IMG/VR virus record: IMGVR_UViG_3300005264_000064
Coordinates: 1 to 64,000 of that record
Strand: one strand, 5' to 3'
From: a virus
Length of the DNA: 64,000 bases
Under the pieces are notes generated by a model, which saw only the letters and a list, made by a program, of their open reading frames with translations, ran no database searches and was not told the DNA's origin. The stretch's first letter is position 1. Every line of letters begins with the position of its first letter. The position numbers were made by a program, and so were the translations under genes. Positions 38,841 to 48,986 of the stretch are shown here, in pieces.

Positions 38841-39403
38841 GCTGCTACCTTTCTGTCCCAACGTTCCTTGACTTCTTCACTGTTGAGCCACATGTCACGG
38901 CCGTCGATTACAGCGTCCATTTCGTCTTCTGTAAGGAAACCTGCGTAGGCTGTTCTGAAGAACTCGTTGAGGTGTGCATCCTGGAATTTTTGCTGACTTT
39001 TCAACTCGTGACCTTTACCTTGTAGGCCACTACTGTAGTTGTGTACCATAAATGACAGGTGGTCGGATATTATTATACGATGGGCGAACATCGGGATTAT
39101 AGTACCCGCTGAGGCAACTGTGCCTGTTAGGTGTGCAATAACTATGCCCTGGGTGTTCTTCATTGCATCGCAAATAGCTAGAGCTGAGTCGATTACACCG
39201 CCAGGGGTGTTGATATGGAGAATTAGCTGTTCACCTTTGTCGAGGGTGCTAATTGAAAATGCTAACTTGTTGTACATAAAGGGGTCTTCAATACTTCCAT
39301 GCAGGTAGGCGTGATACACGTCCTTAGATTTGATTATGGGTACCTCATGGTCCCAGACTGACTTGTCGTCTACTTTTGGCTCGTGCGGGATTATTATTTC
39401 CAT
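38837..39403 (-). CDS. ClpP-like serine protease
   Basis: HINTPGG, ASAGTII, FMVHN. Confidence 0.85.
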   Translation of the reverse strand: MEIIIPHEPKVDDKSVWDHEVPIIKSKDVYHAYLHGSIEDPFMYNKLAFSISTLDKGEQLILHINTPGGVIDSALAICDAMKNTQGIVIAHLTGTVASAGTIIPMFAHRIIISDHLSFMVHNYSSGLQGKGHELKSQQKFQDAHLNEFFRTAYAGFLTEDEMDAVIDGRDMWLNSEEVKERWDRKVAA

Positions 39404-39687
39404 TAAGTTTCCTTTACTGTAATTTCTTTAGTTCGATTTACTATCACGTTTTCTACGAATGTGATCAGTATATTGTCTATTGTGTCGAACGGACTTGACT
39501 CATGTTGCACGTTTATTTGCTTTATGGCAAATGCCGCTACTGCGCCTTTGGCAAGTTCACGTATTCGAGGTTTTATGTACGCAAGGATTTCCTCCTCAAC
39601 TCTGTCAATGAGTTCGGACTGGATTGCCTGCTTAGCGAATTCTGTTGCAACGCGGTCGTTATCGTGAGTTGGTACTGATGCCATCAT
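39403..39687 (-). CDS. Hypothetical protein
   Basis: AAGGAGG RBS before MMASVP. Confidence 0.6.
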   Translation of the reverse strand: MMASVPTHDNDRVATEFAKQAIQSELIDRVEEEILAYIKPRIRELAKGAVAAFAIKQINVQHESSPFDTIDNILITFVENVIVNRTKEITVKET

Positions 39688-40231
39688 GTTCCTCCTTAGT
39701 GGCTGATTTCTTACTTTCGAAGTATTGAAGGAATGCTGCATTCGTTGCTGCATGGTCTAGGTGTGAAAGTCCGGACTCTGGGTCGTGACTTTCTCCTGCT
39801 CTGTAAGCTTCAAGGTGGCGATATAGGGCATCGAGGTAGCGTTCTTCTGCATTATCGACGAGTTGCCAGTTGTTGGGGCCATACTTGGAGGCACCAAAAG
39901 TAAGAACTTCTGCAATGCCTTTGATAGCAACTGGTGGGACTAAGGAGTACCGTAATTTACCAGTATCGTACTTACGACCCTTAGTGGGGGTGTTTTTGGT
40001 AGTCTGCAGTATACAACTTATACAGTAGTCTGAGCCTGATTCAGCAGACTTTTTTCCACATTTAGTGCACGTAGGTGTTTTGTCTTCGTATTCGAACGAG
40101 TACTCCTTGTCTTCGATGGATTGCCGTATTGCAGCTCTCAGGACTTCGTTAGGTAGTTTTTTACTCTCACTAGCTGATGTGTATTTGTCGCAAGTATTTT
40201 TTGCTTCATGAATGTGTGCTTCTAGGCTCAT
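39659..40231 (-). CDS. dATP/dGTP diphosphohydrolase domain protein (DUF5664-like) with N-terminal CxxC-CxxC
   Basis: GRKYDTGKLRYSL, FGASKYGPNNW, ALYRHL, DPESGLSHLDHA. Confidence 0.8.
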   Translation of the reverse strand: MSLEAHIHEAKNTCDKYTSASESKKLPNEVLRAAIRQSIEDKEYSFEYEDKTPTCTKCGKKSAESGSDYCISCILQTTKNTPTKGRKYDTGKLRYSLVPPVAIKGIAEVLTFGASKYGPNNWQLVDNAEERYLDALYRHLEAYRAGESHDPESGLSHLDHAATNAAFLQYFESKKSATKEEHDGISTNSR

Positions 40232-40395
40232 GTCAGCAGCTTTATCAGAGTCTTACGGGTTGGGCCTTTCTTTGGGGAACGGATCATGGAAGGGTTTGCT
40301 TTACATAAAGCCTTCATGTTGTCGTAGCCACATAAGCGGATGATTTGTTTCTTGGATAAGAGCAGTAAGTCTGCTCTTGTATATTCTGTTGGCAT
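40228..40395 (-). CDS. Small basic hypothetical protein (55 aa, not in ORF track)
   Basis: AAGGAGG RBS, MPTEYTRADLLLL...IKLLT, stop overlaps next start. Confidence 0.55.
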   Translation of the reverse strand: MPTEYTRADLLLLSKKQIIRLCGYDNMKALCKANPSMIRSPKKGPTRKTLIKLLT

Positions 40396-40404
40396 TGCGC
40401 CTCC

Positions 40405-40881
40405 TTAGAATAACTTGAATTTTCCGAAGATTGTCCATAGCTGGTAGCTGCGGAGATGTTCGAGAAAAGATGATGAGTCTTGGGTACTCTCTTTGGCTGA
40501 TTGTAGAGCCTTAAGAGTAGACGCCTTTGTGTGAGGAATGTCACACTTGGAGCAGTCACAATGTTTGACGTTGCCTGTTGTAAATACAGCGCTAAATCTG
40601 CTATTAATTGTGCATATAGATTCAGTGATGTATCCCTGGATGTCAGGTGCTGGGTTGTCTACTACTTTGAAGTGAGGACAAGCACACTGGAAACAGTTGA
40701 GGTCTTTCATATTGTGACAGCGTGTGTTCGACTTGTAGAGAGGACAGAAGTCTGGCTCATTCTTTCGCATGTTATCGTACATGAAGTACTGATAGACTGC
40801 CTCCGGGGATTTATCCCGGAGTGAGCCATAGATTGCTGCAACTTTCTTCGAGTGTTCAGCTGACCATTCTGAATATGTCAT
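40405..40881 (-). CDS. Cysteine-rich small (zinc-binding) domain protein
   Basis: FCPLY..CH...LNCFQCACPHF...CDCSKCDIPH. Confidence 0.7.
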   Translation of the reverse strand: MTYSEWSAEHSKKVAAIYGSLRDKSPEAVYQYFMYDNMRKNEPDFCPLYKSNTRCHNMKDLNCFQCACPHFKVVDNPAPDIQGYITESICTINSRFSAVFTTGNVKHCDCSKCDIPHTKASTLKALQSAKESTQDSSSFLEHLRSYQLWTIFGKFKLF

Positions 40882-40894
40882 GGACGAGGTTCCT

Positions 40895-43800
40895 TTAGAA
40901 TTCGAGTTCACAATTGCCTCCGGAACAACCGGATGATCCTAGAGTGTCCACATCAACGAATTTCTTTGCTGAGAGGTGTGTTGTCCAGTTAATCTCGGAT
41001 GCTGTTGACGTTATTTTCCACCACTTGTGGAGGTTGTAAACGTCTTTGAGGCAGTTGGCGCATTGGTCTTCTGAGTCGAAGTTAAATGCGAATTTCTTGA
41101 AGCGACGTACGAAGTCTCTTTTTAGGAGATCTTTGTGGTCGTCTGTTAGAGTTTCACCATAACCTAAGCATGTACTGATTGCAGTCCACAAGTCATTGTT
41201 GAAGGCAGAAAGTCCTGCTTCAATGAGGGCTGATGTGAATAGTGCTGGTTGGCCATAGGTTTCAACGATTTGCTCGTGTGTGAATACCTCTGTGAACGGT
41301 GCTTGTGGGTACGCCCTATCTCCTGCTGCTGATAGGAGTGATACTCCGCAGAGTGAGCGACGGTTTTCGTAGATGTAGTCTGTAACAGCATCCCAGTCGT
41401 CTACTGTTATCGTGTTTGAGACGTTGTGTTTGAGGAATGGTTTAACGCACAGGTCGTGGTTTGTTCCATGCTCGATCCAGTAGTCTTGTGCTAATTTAAC
41501 GTATTCTAGCTGCTTTACACCTAGTAAGTCTGACTTGTAAATTGAGCCTTCGATAGGTTCGATTGGAAACCCTATGGTGTAGTCTAACGAAGACCATACT
41601 GATGTCTCTACCATAGAGGGGTTTGTTGCTGCGAATAGCTGTCCTACTTCTGTCTCCTTGTTCATTTGAACGTGACGGATGTACCGTGGCGAGTGTTCGC
41701 CATGAATGCCTGATGCAGTGCCTAGAAGGACACTAGCGTTGCCGCTGGGCTTCACGCAAGTTACTCTTGCTGCTTGGTTGATACCTATTAATGCTGCTAC
41801 TGTTTTATTCCAATACTTAACCTCATTTGCACCATCAATCATGTTCTTTTTGTCGAATAGAACCTCTGGGTTGTTCATCCATCCAGTAACCCCGACACCT
41901 ATTAGGGCTTCACGGTCGACGATTTCCTTAGTAGCTTTTGAGACATACGAGAAGTCCGTATAACCCGCCTGTAGTGTACCGATAATGGCACCTGCCTTAC
42001 ATTGAGCTAAGAATTTTTCTCTAGTCGTACTTAAGCTACCATTCAGTTCTGAAAGGTTGCACATCTGGAATCCTGACCTGCCATCCGGGGTGTACCCTTG
42101 CATACCAATTTCGACGCAAGGGTTGAAGAGAATGTCTAGGTCGTCTGTCCAAACAAAGCCAGGTTCACCAGAATGTTTAACTGACTCCATAATAGATGTG
42201 AATTGTTCCTTAGTAGTATCAGAGCGGAGTAGTACTGCTGAATTATTACTACGTCCTCTTTGTGAGGCTTTTTCCCACCAGTCTCCTGTCTTACATGTAA
42301 TCATATCTTGGTCGTCGGCGGAGAACATGCAGATAGTGGCTGCTCTTCGTACTCCTCCTGAGATTACCGCATCTGCTATGTGCATGACACAGTCATAGGC
42401 TGCTAGTGTTGTTAGGCGAGTTTGACCGTTGCTTAAGAGTGACTTGATTAAATTCTCAATTTTGTCTAGTGCTTTACGTAGTGGTTCTGGGCCAGGTGCC
42501 TTGAAGCCTCCTGAGATCTCAGCGCCTTTTGGGCGAATTTGTGATAGGTCAAAGTAGACGGGGTGTCCGCTGTTAGGTTGATCGACGAAGAAGGAATTCA
42601 TCAGGGCTTGAACTGCGTCAGCCCACCCTTCAATTGAGTCGTCTACTATGTGGTTGATAGGTGTACCTGAACGTTTAGCTATAGCTGGGAGTTTGGCAAT
42701 GTGTTGCTTTTGCACTGAGAAGCCGACACCGCAGCCGCATAACATCAGCCAGAAGCACTCGCCGAAGAAGTCTGGGCGATCAAGGTAGGATGCTGTGCAG
42801 TTACCTGTCACTATCCCGCCTTCTAGAAGGAAAGAATGGTCGTCTTCTACTTCAAGGCACCAAACTTCTTCAGTCCCTAGGGGACTGATATCAGTAACTT
42901 TAGTTACTGCTGAGGTCTTTCCTCCTGGATGGTCTTTTATAGTGAACTTAATAGTGTACGGGCGTATGCCATAGTTAGTGACTTGATTTGTCAATTCTGT
43001 CTCACTAGTTATAGTAATACCAGCTATCGGAAAGCACTTTCTGATGAAATTGATGTGTTCTAAATCAGAGGCTTGTATAGAGGTATAGCGTTTGCCAGAC
43101 TTGTTTTTAGCCTTCTCACCATCTGCTTGTAAGTAACCTGCAACAAATGCACGGATTAGACGTGGTTCGTCTACTGAAGGGTCTGGGGAAGTTTTCTTAT
43201 ATGTCCCGGTGTAGGCATAAAAATCCCCAGCAAGAGACTCAGTAGTGGATGTTTTGAAGCCTAGGCGACTGAAACGCTCAGCGAATTGCTTATCATGACC
43301 ACATAAGCGGATGTGAGAGTGCTTGCCGTTTATGGCTCCGTCCCCGTAGACTAAACCGTATAGCCAGTACTTTTGTTCGTCTGTTGGCGCTGTGTCGAAG
43401 TTAAAATCTCCGAAATAGTCAAACGGCTTTAGTAGTTTGTCTCCTACGGCTAATGCTGTAGTGTCTGTGCCATCAGCGAGTAACCATCTGTGGTCTTTCG
43501 TGACTTGTTTAGTGTAAATGTTTGTCCCACGCTGAATAGTTATTGAATACAACTGCTGAGTGCCGTAGTTCTTGACTACTGCTTTTTTCCAAGCACCAGT
43601 ATGTGTAAGTACTCGAATGTTGGCTCCATCTACAAAGTTGTTGAAAGATCTGAGGCCTTCTGAGGTTACAAAAGTTGTATTAGCTGAGAAGCAGTTATAC
43701 ATCTTTGCGTTCTTGCTTAAGAGTTGCTCCCCTCCGAATTGAAGAGCTCTTTGAGCACCTAGTATTTCCTTGTTAGTGTATGCGTCTTGAGCATACTGGA

Positions 43801-43969
43801 TTAAAGACTCAAGTTCCGGTGTCATTACTGACTTGTAGCGGGTGCGATGCATCTGCATTACACGAGCGACAGCCTCAGGCCACGTTTCATAGCGGCTGAG
43901 GTTATTGTCGTATCTAGCATATGACTCATAGAACTTGGCGTCTGCCATGAGCTGTGCTGTCTTAGTCAT
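40895..43969 (-). CDS. nrdJ: Ribonucleotide reductase (class II NrdJ-like), intein-containing
   Basis: GCGVGFSVQ, GGVRRAA, NPCVEI, CNLSE, CVKPSG, C-terminal CSGGNC. No nrdB in the window. Confidence 0.75.
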   Translation of the reverse strand: MTKTAQLMADAKFYESYARYDNNLSRYETWPEAVARVMQMHRTRYKSVMTPELESLIQYAQDAYTNKEILGAQRALQFGGEQLLSKNAKMYNCFSANTTFVTSEGLRSFNNFVDGANIRVLTHTGAWKKAVVKNYGTQQLYSITIQRGTNIYTKQVTKDHRWLLADGTDTTALAVGDKLLKPFDYFGDFNFDTAPTDEQKYWLYGLVYGDGAINGKHSHIRLCGHDKQFAERFSRLGFKTSTTESLAGDFYAYTGTYKKTSPDPSVDEPRLIRAFVAGYLQADGEKAKNKSGKRYTSIQASDLEHINFIRKCFPIAGITITSETELTNQVTNYGIRPYTIKFTIKDHPGGKTSAVTKVTDISPLGTEEVWCLEVEDDHSFLLEGGIVTGNCTASYLDRPDFFGECFWLMLCGCGVGFSVQKQHIAKLPAIAKRSGTPINHIVDDSIEGWADAVQALMNSFFVDQPNSGHPVYFDLSQIRPKGAEISGGFKAPGPEPLRKALDKIENLIKSLLSNGQTRLTTLAAYDCVMHIADAVISGGVRRAATICMFSADDQDMITCKTGDWWEKASQRGRSNNSAVLLRSDTTKEQFTSIMESVKHSGEPGFVWTDDLDILFNPCVEIGMQGYTPDGRSGFQMCNLSELNGSLSTTREKFLAQCKAGAIIGTLQAGYTDFSYVSKATKEIVDREALIGVGVTGWMNNPEVLFDKKNMIDGANEVKYWNKTVAALIGINQAARVTCVKPSGNASVLLGTASGIHGEHSPRYIRHVQMNKETEVGQLFAATNPSMVETSVWSSLDYTIGFPIEPIEGSIYKSDLLGVKQLEYVKLAQDYWIEHGTNHDLCVKPFLKHNVSNTITVDDWDAVTDYIYENRRSLCGVSLLSAAGDRAYPQAPFTEVFTHEQIVETYGQPALFTSALIEAGLSAFNNDLWTAISTCLGYGETLTDDHKDLLKRDFVRRFKKFAFNFDSEDQCANCLKDVYNLHKWWKITSTASEINWTTHLSAKKFVDVDTLGSSGCSGGNCELEF
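42800..43693 (-). mobile_element. Intein (298 aa) with LAGLIDADG homing endonuclease
   Basis: Starts CFSANT after YN and ends VWCLEVEDDHSFLLEGGIVTGN before Cys. LAGLIDADG-like WLYGLVYGDG and FVAGYLQADG. Confidence 0.9.
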
Positions 43970-43971
43970 AG

Positions 43972-44211
43972 CTAAGCTACTTGTAGCTTAAAGGCTTCAA
44001 ATGGACGGAATTTAGGCACTACTTTGCCGTTTGCTAGCTTGAACGGTTCGAACTTGCCGAAGCCGGCGATGCTGACAGTGTTACCTTCACTTACTTCTGT
44101 AGTGATGATGCCGAAGAAATCCTCTACGAATCTCCTAGACTGTACTTTTGTTTCGAAGTTATCGAATTCGTACACGCGCTCGATTAAAGCGTCTTTGTTA
44201 AATGTTGCCAT
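43972..44211 (-). CDS. HU-like DNA-binding protein (short arm)
   Basis: NKDALI, VSIAGFGKFE, VPKFRP. Confidence 0.85.
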   Translation of the reverse strand: MATFNKDALIERVYEFDNFETKVQSRRFVEDFFGIITTEVSEGNTVSIAGFGKFEPFKLANGKVVPKFRPFEAFKLQVA

Positions 44212-44222
44212 GTGTGGTTCCT

Positions 44223-44516
44223 TTACAATTTTATTAGTGTTCTGCTGATGCAGACACCATTGTCGTCAAACGTCTCTGATAGTTTGACACCTGGTACGAA
44301 TGTAACGGCCTCTGCTACGTTGCCGTACTGTTGTGTAGTAACTTGAGCTACGCAGCCTATTGGTGTTTCCATTACCTTAGTGGACTTCATCCATTCTTCT
44401 GCAACGCTCGATGCTTTGCTTAAGAGCTTGAATTTGTCACCGTCGCCCCAGAATACTATATCTTTGACGTTCTTTGTAGCTCCGTTTGAGTCGGTGTTAC
44501 TGAGTGTTTTTGTCAT
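44223..44516 (-). CDS. Conserved hypothetical phage protein
   Basis: AAGGAG RBS, WMKSTKVME..GCVAQVTTQ..AEAVTFVPGV. Confidence 0.65.
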   Translation of the reverse strand: MTKTLSNTDSNGATKNVKDIVFWGDGDKFKLLSKASSVAEEWMKSTKVMETPIGCVAQVTTQQYGNVAEAVTFVPGVKLSETFDDNGVCISRTLIKL

Positions 44517-44563
44517 GTGGCTCCTTTATGTGATGTTGAAGGGTGTTTAGTGGCACACCCTCC

Positions 44564-46417
44564 TTAGCCATGGAATGAGTCGAGGACTGACTGGATGTCG
44601 GAAGTCGATGCGTTGTGCGGGATTTGTCTCATGTCGGCCCAGTCGTATCCGATTTCAGCCGTTGCTTCGTTACGGATGGTCTGGTTGTCCATGAAGTCCC
44701 TTGTTAGAACGGGTACAAGCCAGTTGTTGAGGGCCTGGATGATGACGGGATCGTCGTCTACAACATAGTAGATGGAGTCATAGATGGTGGAAATGCACTC
44801 GATTGAGTCTTGGAGTCCTGAGGCATCTATGAGTTGGTGTACTTTGTTGATTGCCAGTAATGTGAGGAGAGACCAAAACTGGCAGGTGGCGTTATTGAGA
44901 GTACGTATGTCCTTACGAGGCGAGTCGGTGCTAATGTAGCAGCCGAGGCCTAGGTGGATTTTGCCGTTGTCCTTTGCTGTAGGGAGGACGTACTTCTCTC
45001 GGTATTCGGTGATACCGGGATACAAGACTTCGTGGTAACGGTTGAATATGGCTTCAGCCGCGGGTAAAGAGATCTTGAGGGACGAGGCTACCTTTGGCGG
45101 GTATGAGCCATAACTTAAGCCAAACGTGGCAGGCTTTCCTTTTTGTCGGATTGCCTTGAGGGGTTTGTGGCCGTCTTCTACAAGGCGGTAGAACTCGGTG
45201 ACGTCGATTCTAGTGTCGTCGGTGAGGGTCATGTGCTCTGCTATTTCTTCCTTGAAGTACCCGTAGGCATTTAGGCAATGGCCGTCGAGGCCGTCGAGGA
45301 ATATTGAACACTTGTTGGTGTCTCGTGAAAGGGAGGCGATAACACGGTCTTCTAACGCACCGTAATCGATTGCCAGTATCACTTTGCCTGGAGGGGCGAT
45401 GAGGCATTGCTTGACAGGTTTTGCGTAAATTGATCTTGTTGAAGGGAGATTCAACATGTTAGGATTGGAACTTGTTAATCTAAATGATTTCGCTCCGAAG
45501 AGCTTTATGTTTCCGTGTAGTCTTCCATCGTGGGTGTACTCGTAAAACCCGGCGATGAAATTTTGTTTGACTATGGCTGAGAATGAGAAATCAATAAATG
45601 CCTGAGTAAAGTCCTTGATGTCTTCGTTGTCGGTTTCTCTGTTGACGCGTTCTACTTCGTCGCGGTCCCACGATGGTAGACCTGTATCCTTTGATTTCTT
45701 GTCGGATTCCAGGCCGAGCCAGGCGAAGAGCTTACCTTTTTGTAGGGATGAAGCAGGGTTAAACGGTGGAAGTGGTATTGTATCGACGTTGCTAATTAGA
45801 TCGTGGTATGCTCTGTTGTAAATTGTTGCCTTGTCGATTGCTAGTTGCTTCATTGCTGCTTTCGCGTATTTGTTGGATGGTGCTATTTTCTTGGATAGTA
45901 GGAGGCGAATAGCTGGGTGTTGTGACTCGTAACGCTTGCAGAGGCGTGCTGGCCATTTGGGTACACCCGTTGGTAGAGTGTCTGTTGGTGGTACAGGTTT
46001 ATTGGGCATGTCCTCAATTACTTGCTGCATAAAGTAGGAACGATGCTCCATCTTGGAAGGGTCGAATTCTTTTAAATAGTGTTTGGGTGTTCGCATCTTG
46101 GAACGCTTTTCGGCTATGAATTCGGCCTTGAGTGTAGTGTGCTGCAATGTCTGGAATTGCCGGATTAACGGGTTCTTGGCTAGTCTGCGAGTAACATCTG
46201 CTAAGACGTTGTCGAGGACTTGCTCTAGGGCTTCGACTTTAGTGAGGTCGATGGGAATGCCGTTGTGCATGATACGGACGGTGTCTTTGATTAAGTGCTT
46301 ACTGACTTGATGATAGAATTGTCCCTCAGGCGGACTGACTGTTCTAGGTTCAGGAGCAGGTAGTAAGTCGTGGGGGCTGTACCCAGGATCTGAAGTTGAT
46401 GGTATTGTGTATGTCAT
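44564..46417 (-). CDS. Family A DNA polymerase, polymerase domain
   Basis: RLTSSNPNMLNLP, motif A IDYGALEDR, motif B RQKGKPATFGLSYG, motif C TIYDSI. Confidence 0.9.
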   Translation of the reverse strand: MTYTIPSTSDPGYSPHDLLPAPEPRTVSPPEGQFYHQVSKHLIKDTVRIMHNGIPIDLTKVEALEQVLDNVLADVTRRLAKNPLIRQFQTLQHTTLKAEFIAEKRSKMRTPKHYLKEFDPSKMEHRSYFMQQVIEDMPNKPVPPTDTLPTGVPKWPARLCKRYESQHPAIRLLLSKKIAPSNKYAKAAMKQLAIDKATIYNRAYHDLISNVDTIPLPPFNPASSLQKGKLFAWLGLESDKKSKDTGLPSWDRDEVERVNRETDNEDIKDFTQAFIDFSFSAIVKQNFIAGFYEYTHDGRLHGNIKLFGAKSFRLTSSNPNMLNLPSTRSIYAKPVKQCLIAPPGKVILAIDYGALEDRVIASLSRDTNKCSIFLDGLDGHCLNAYGYFKEEIAEHMTLTDDTRIDVTEFYRLVEDGHKPLKAIRQKGKPATFGLSYGSYPPKVASSLKISLPAAEAIFNRYHEVLYPGITEYREKYVLPTAKDNGKIHLGLGCYISTDSPRKDIRTLNNATCQFWSLLTLLAINKVHQLIDASGLQDSIECISTIYDSIYYVVDDDPVIIQALNNWLVPVLTRDFMDNQTIRNEATAEIGYDWADMRQIPHNASTSDIQSVLDSFHG

Positions 46418-46426
46418 TAGTCTCCT

Positions 46427-47098
46427 TTACGTATTACTTTTATTGACTTCTTTTAAGTAAGCCTGCTGGGCTTGCCAAAGAGCGTAAGTAGCCGCAGCGT
46501 CTATCCCTGCATATTTAATCAGCTTTTCATCGAAGAGGTTGTCTTCTACAAATTTGTCGGCAGAGACAGCCCAGGCTCCATACTTGTGGCCCATTAGGAG
46601 CTTAAGTTGTGTATTAGCTTGCCAACTGTTAACGTGATTGAGGATGGACTTTGCTAGCTGTTGTGTGTCTTCGTAGTTCTTAGGGAACTTGCCTGTTTGA
46701 TAGTAAATATGTTTAAAGTCGAATGAAGCGTTGTGCCATATTTGTAGAATATCTGTCGTCGTTAGCCAGTGAAGTACTCGACGGGTGACTAGCGGTTTGT
46801 CTAAGATAACGATACGTGCTGACGTATCACTGTCAGTAAATGAGACGTGTGTCAGACGGGATAGTGATGGATGTGACAGACCCGTGGAGTTAATACGTTG
46901 TCGGAGTACTCTTTTGCGTAGTTTGTCACTAGAGATTTCTAGCTCTTGTGCGTATCTAGTTTTGTCTTCAGCAGAGTACTTTGAGGCTGTTTCAAAGTCG
47001 AAGGCCGCAACAGGTCCCAAGTTATTGAGCCAACGGATAGCAGTAAATGGGTCGTTAGTGTACTCATAATCGACTTTCGTGTTTAGGGTTTTGACCAT
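46427..47098 (-). CDS. 3'-5' exonuclease domain of the split DNA polymerase
   Basis: FDFET (ExoI), HNASFD (ExoII), YAGIDA (ExoIII). Confidence 0.85.
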   Translation of the reverse strand: MVKTLNTKVDYEYTNDPFTAIRWLNNLGPVAAFDFETASKYSAEDKTRYAQELEISSDKLRKRVLRQRINSTGLSHPSLSRLTHVSFTDSDTSARIVILDKPLVTRRVLHWLTTTDILQIWHNASFDFKHIYYQTGKFPKNYEDTQQLAKSILNHVNSWQANTQLKLLMGHKYGAWAVSADKFVEDNLFDEKLIKYAGIDAAATYALWQAQQAYLKEVNKSNT

Positions 47099-47107
47099 GG
47101 GTACTCC

Positions 47108-48532
47108 TTATAGGTGTTCAGCGTTGTAGAGACGGTGGCGTGCTCTAGAGCAGGCGACATAGTATAAGTAGATCTCAGACTTCATTTCCTGTGGAAGAGC
47201 CTGTGGGCAAAAGTTGTCTGGCAATTGGTCAAAGATTTTGCTGAGGGCGTGGTTCATATCATCTGCTAGAGAAACGAAATCTGCCTCTAGACCTTTGAAG
47301 GAGTGGGCAGTACCCACAAGGTAATTTGTCTTTGTCTTTTCGTGTGACTTAGCCTCGTTGTAGCAACTTGTTATATCTTCTGCTCCGTAGCGTTGAATTA
47401 AAGCTATTGCATTCTGTAGTGAGATGTCGTCCTCGTGCAAGTGCTTTAGGTACATTAGAGGTGTACGAAATTGGGCTTTCAGTTCATCGTCTAGAAAGTA
47501 CTCATCTACGTCTTGTTGTAGATGTTTGAAAGATGGGTCACCTATGAAGCCCTTGAACGTGAGTTTCATTATTGAGAGTATCGGTTTAAAGATTGTATCG
47601 GCTGCTCGGACTAAGGTGTACGGCGTGCGGTGCCTGTTTAGTACCATTAGTTGACTGATTAGACCAGCGTTGGTACGTGAGATAAAAGCAGTTGTTGGTG
47701 TCTTTGGTGTAGGACTGTCGACTCCTAGAAACTGCATGGTGGGATCGATGTTTGCGTTTGCGAATGCCTGTATTGACGCGGCTATTTGCTTTGAGACACG
47801 GAATGACTGTGTCATAGTAAACAAGGTGCCTTGGTTTTTCATTACATCGAAGCAGTTGATAGTGTGATTGAAGGCGAAGATATTTTGCATTGCGTCGCCA
47901 ACTAGGATCTTTTTCTTTGCTGGTAGTAGCTTGAAAATTTCTAGTGTGACTTCGTTTAAGTCTCCTGCTTCGTCTAACATAAGGAGGTCAAGCTCGTCAT
48001 ATTCTAAGTCTCCCGACGCTAGTAACAGGTGGAAGTACTTGAGGTAGAAGTCATGGGAAGCTTCGATGTCGCCTTCCATCATTAAGTTGAGGTGACGAAC
48101 GCAGTGGTCTGCTATTACTCGTGGTATTTCATACTCTTCAGCGAATTGCTCGAAGGATGTGAACCTAGAGAGGCAGAATTGCTTTATGTACTCTAGGATA
48201 GCTACTTTTTGATCGTAACGTTTTACTTTTTGTATAGAGCGGTAGTTGAACATACCTAGCTTTATGTTGCGGTCTACGACTGTCGGGCGGTATGCTAATG
48301 AGTGCGTAGTACAGCAAGTAACTGAAGAGGGGAATTTTGTCTTGGCCTCCGTCGCGACTGCTTTTGTGTATGCTAGGTAGAGAGCGCTACTAGGGTTTAA
48401 TTGCTTAGAGATTTCGACAAGGAGTGAGGTCTTACCGGAACCGGCTACTGAGCTGACTAATGTGAGGGCATTGTCGGCTGTGTCTGATTTAATATGGTCT
48501 ATAATTGCTTGCTGCTCAGGTGTACAGTTCAT
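47108..48532 (-). CDS. Superfamily 1 (UvrD-like) helicase
   Basis: AGSGKT, TTHSLAY, LDEAGD, VGD..QNIF, SFR, TAHSFKGLE, YVACSRA. Confidence 0.9.
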   Translation of the reverse strand: MNCTPEQQAIIDHIKSDTADNALTLVSSVAGSGKTSLLVEISKQLNPSSALYLAYTKAVATEAKTKFPSSVTCCTTHSLAYRPTVVDRNIKLGMFNYRSIQKVKRYDQKVAILEYIKQFCLSRFTSFEQFAEEYEIPRVIADHCVRHLNLMMEGDIEASHDFYLKYFHLLLASGDLEYDELDLLMLDEAGDLNEVTLEIFKLLPAKKKILVGDAMQNIFAFNHTINCFDVMKNQGTLFTMTQSFRVSKQIAASIQAFANANIDPTMQFLGVDSPTPKTPTTAFISRTNAGLISQLMVLNRHRTPYTLVRAADTIFKPILSIMKLTFKGFIGDPSFKHLQQDVDEYFLDDELKAQFRTPLMYLKHLHEDDISLQNAIALIQRYGAEDITSCYNEAKSHEKTKTNYLVGTAHSFKGLEADFVSLADDMNHALSKIFDQLPDNFCPQALPQEMKSEIYLYYVACSRARHRLYNAEHL

Positions 48533-48684
48533 TTATTATTTTGTCCTTTATTTTAATTTTTATTAGTGTTTATTAGTCAATGCCTACATTACTGTAGAGG
48601 GTGTACCCATTAATCTATGGAAAATGCTGGCTCTTGAACTATTAGAGTAGTCGTGGCTGTTTACAATGAAGTAGACTTGTGACA

Positions 48685-48936
48685 TTAAGGTATCCTTACG
48701 TAATGGGTACCCTCTTTGACGAAGGTTAGGGAATTGAGTATTAAAGTTTGCTGTTCTGTGAGCGGTTGCCAGTAAAAACGTGATAGGTGGGTATACCTAC
48801 GTTCTTGTGCTTGTCCACACTCGGGACAATAGCGATGGGAAATAATGTCTGTGTGCATAGGCTGCCCTAGGTATGTCGACTGAGTAGCTTTGTGAACATT
48901 AACCCAATTATGTAAATGTATCCCGAAGATTTTCAT
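48685..48936 (-). CDS. Hypothetical protein (HNW, CPECG)
   Basis: AAGGA RBS, CxxC motif. Confidence 0.55.
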   Translation of the reverse strand: MKIFGIHLHNWVNVHKATQSTYLGQPMHTDIISHRYCPECGQAQERRYTHLSRFYWQPLTEQQTLILNSLTFVKEGTHYVRIP

Positions 48937-48958
48937 AGCGGTCCTTTGTAGATATTAG

Positions 48959-48980
48959 AGAGCCCTCCGAAGAGGACTCG
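48959..48980 (-). terminator. cUUCGg tetraloop hairpin after the metallophosphoesterase gene
   Basis: Minus strand GAGTCCTC-TTCG-GAGGGCTC. Confidence 0.5.
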
Positions 48981-48986
48981 AAATAG

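Noticed and set aside
39659-40231. Z-base (2-aminoadenine) or 7-deazaguanine DNA modification pathway suggested by the diphosphohydrolase and MazG-like genes
   Set aside because: No PurZ, DpdA or Que-family genes are recognisable in this window.
48584-48685. 33-codon minus-strand ORF containing a GGGTGTACCC copy
   Set aside because: Too short to support as a gene. It may be a deletion remnant.
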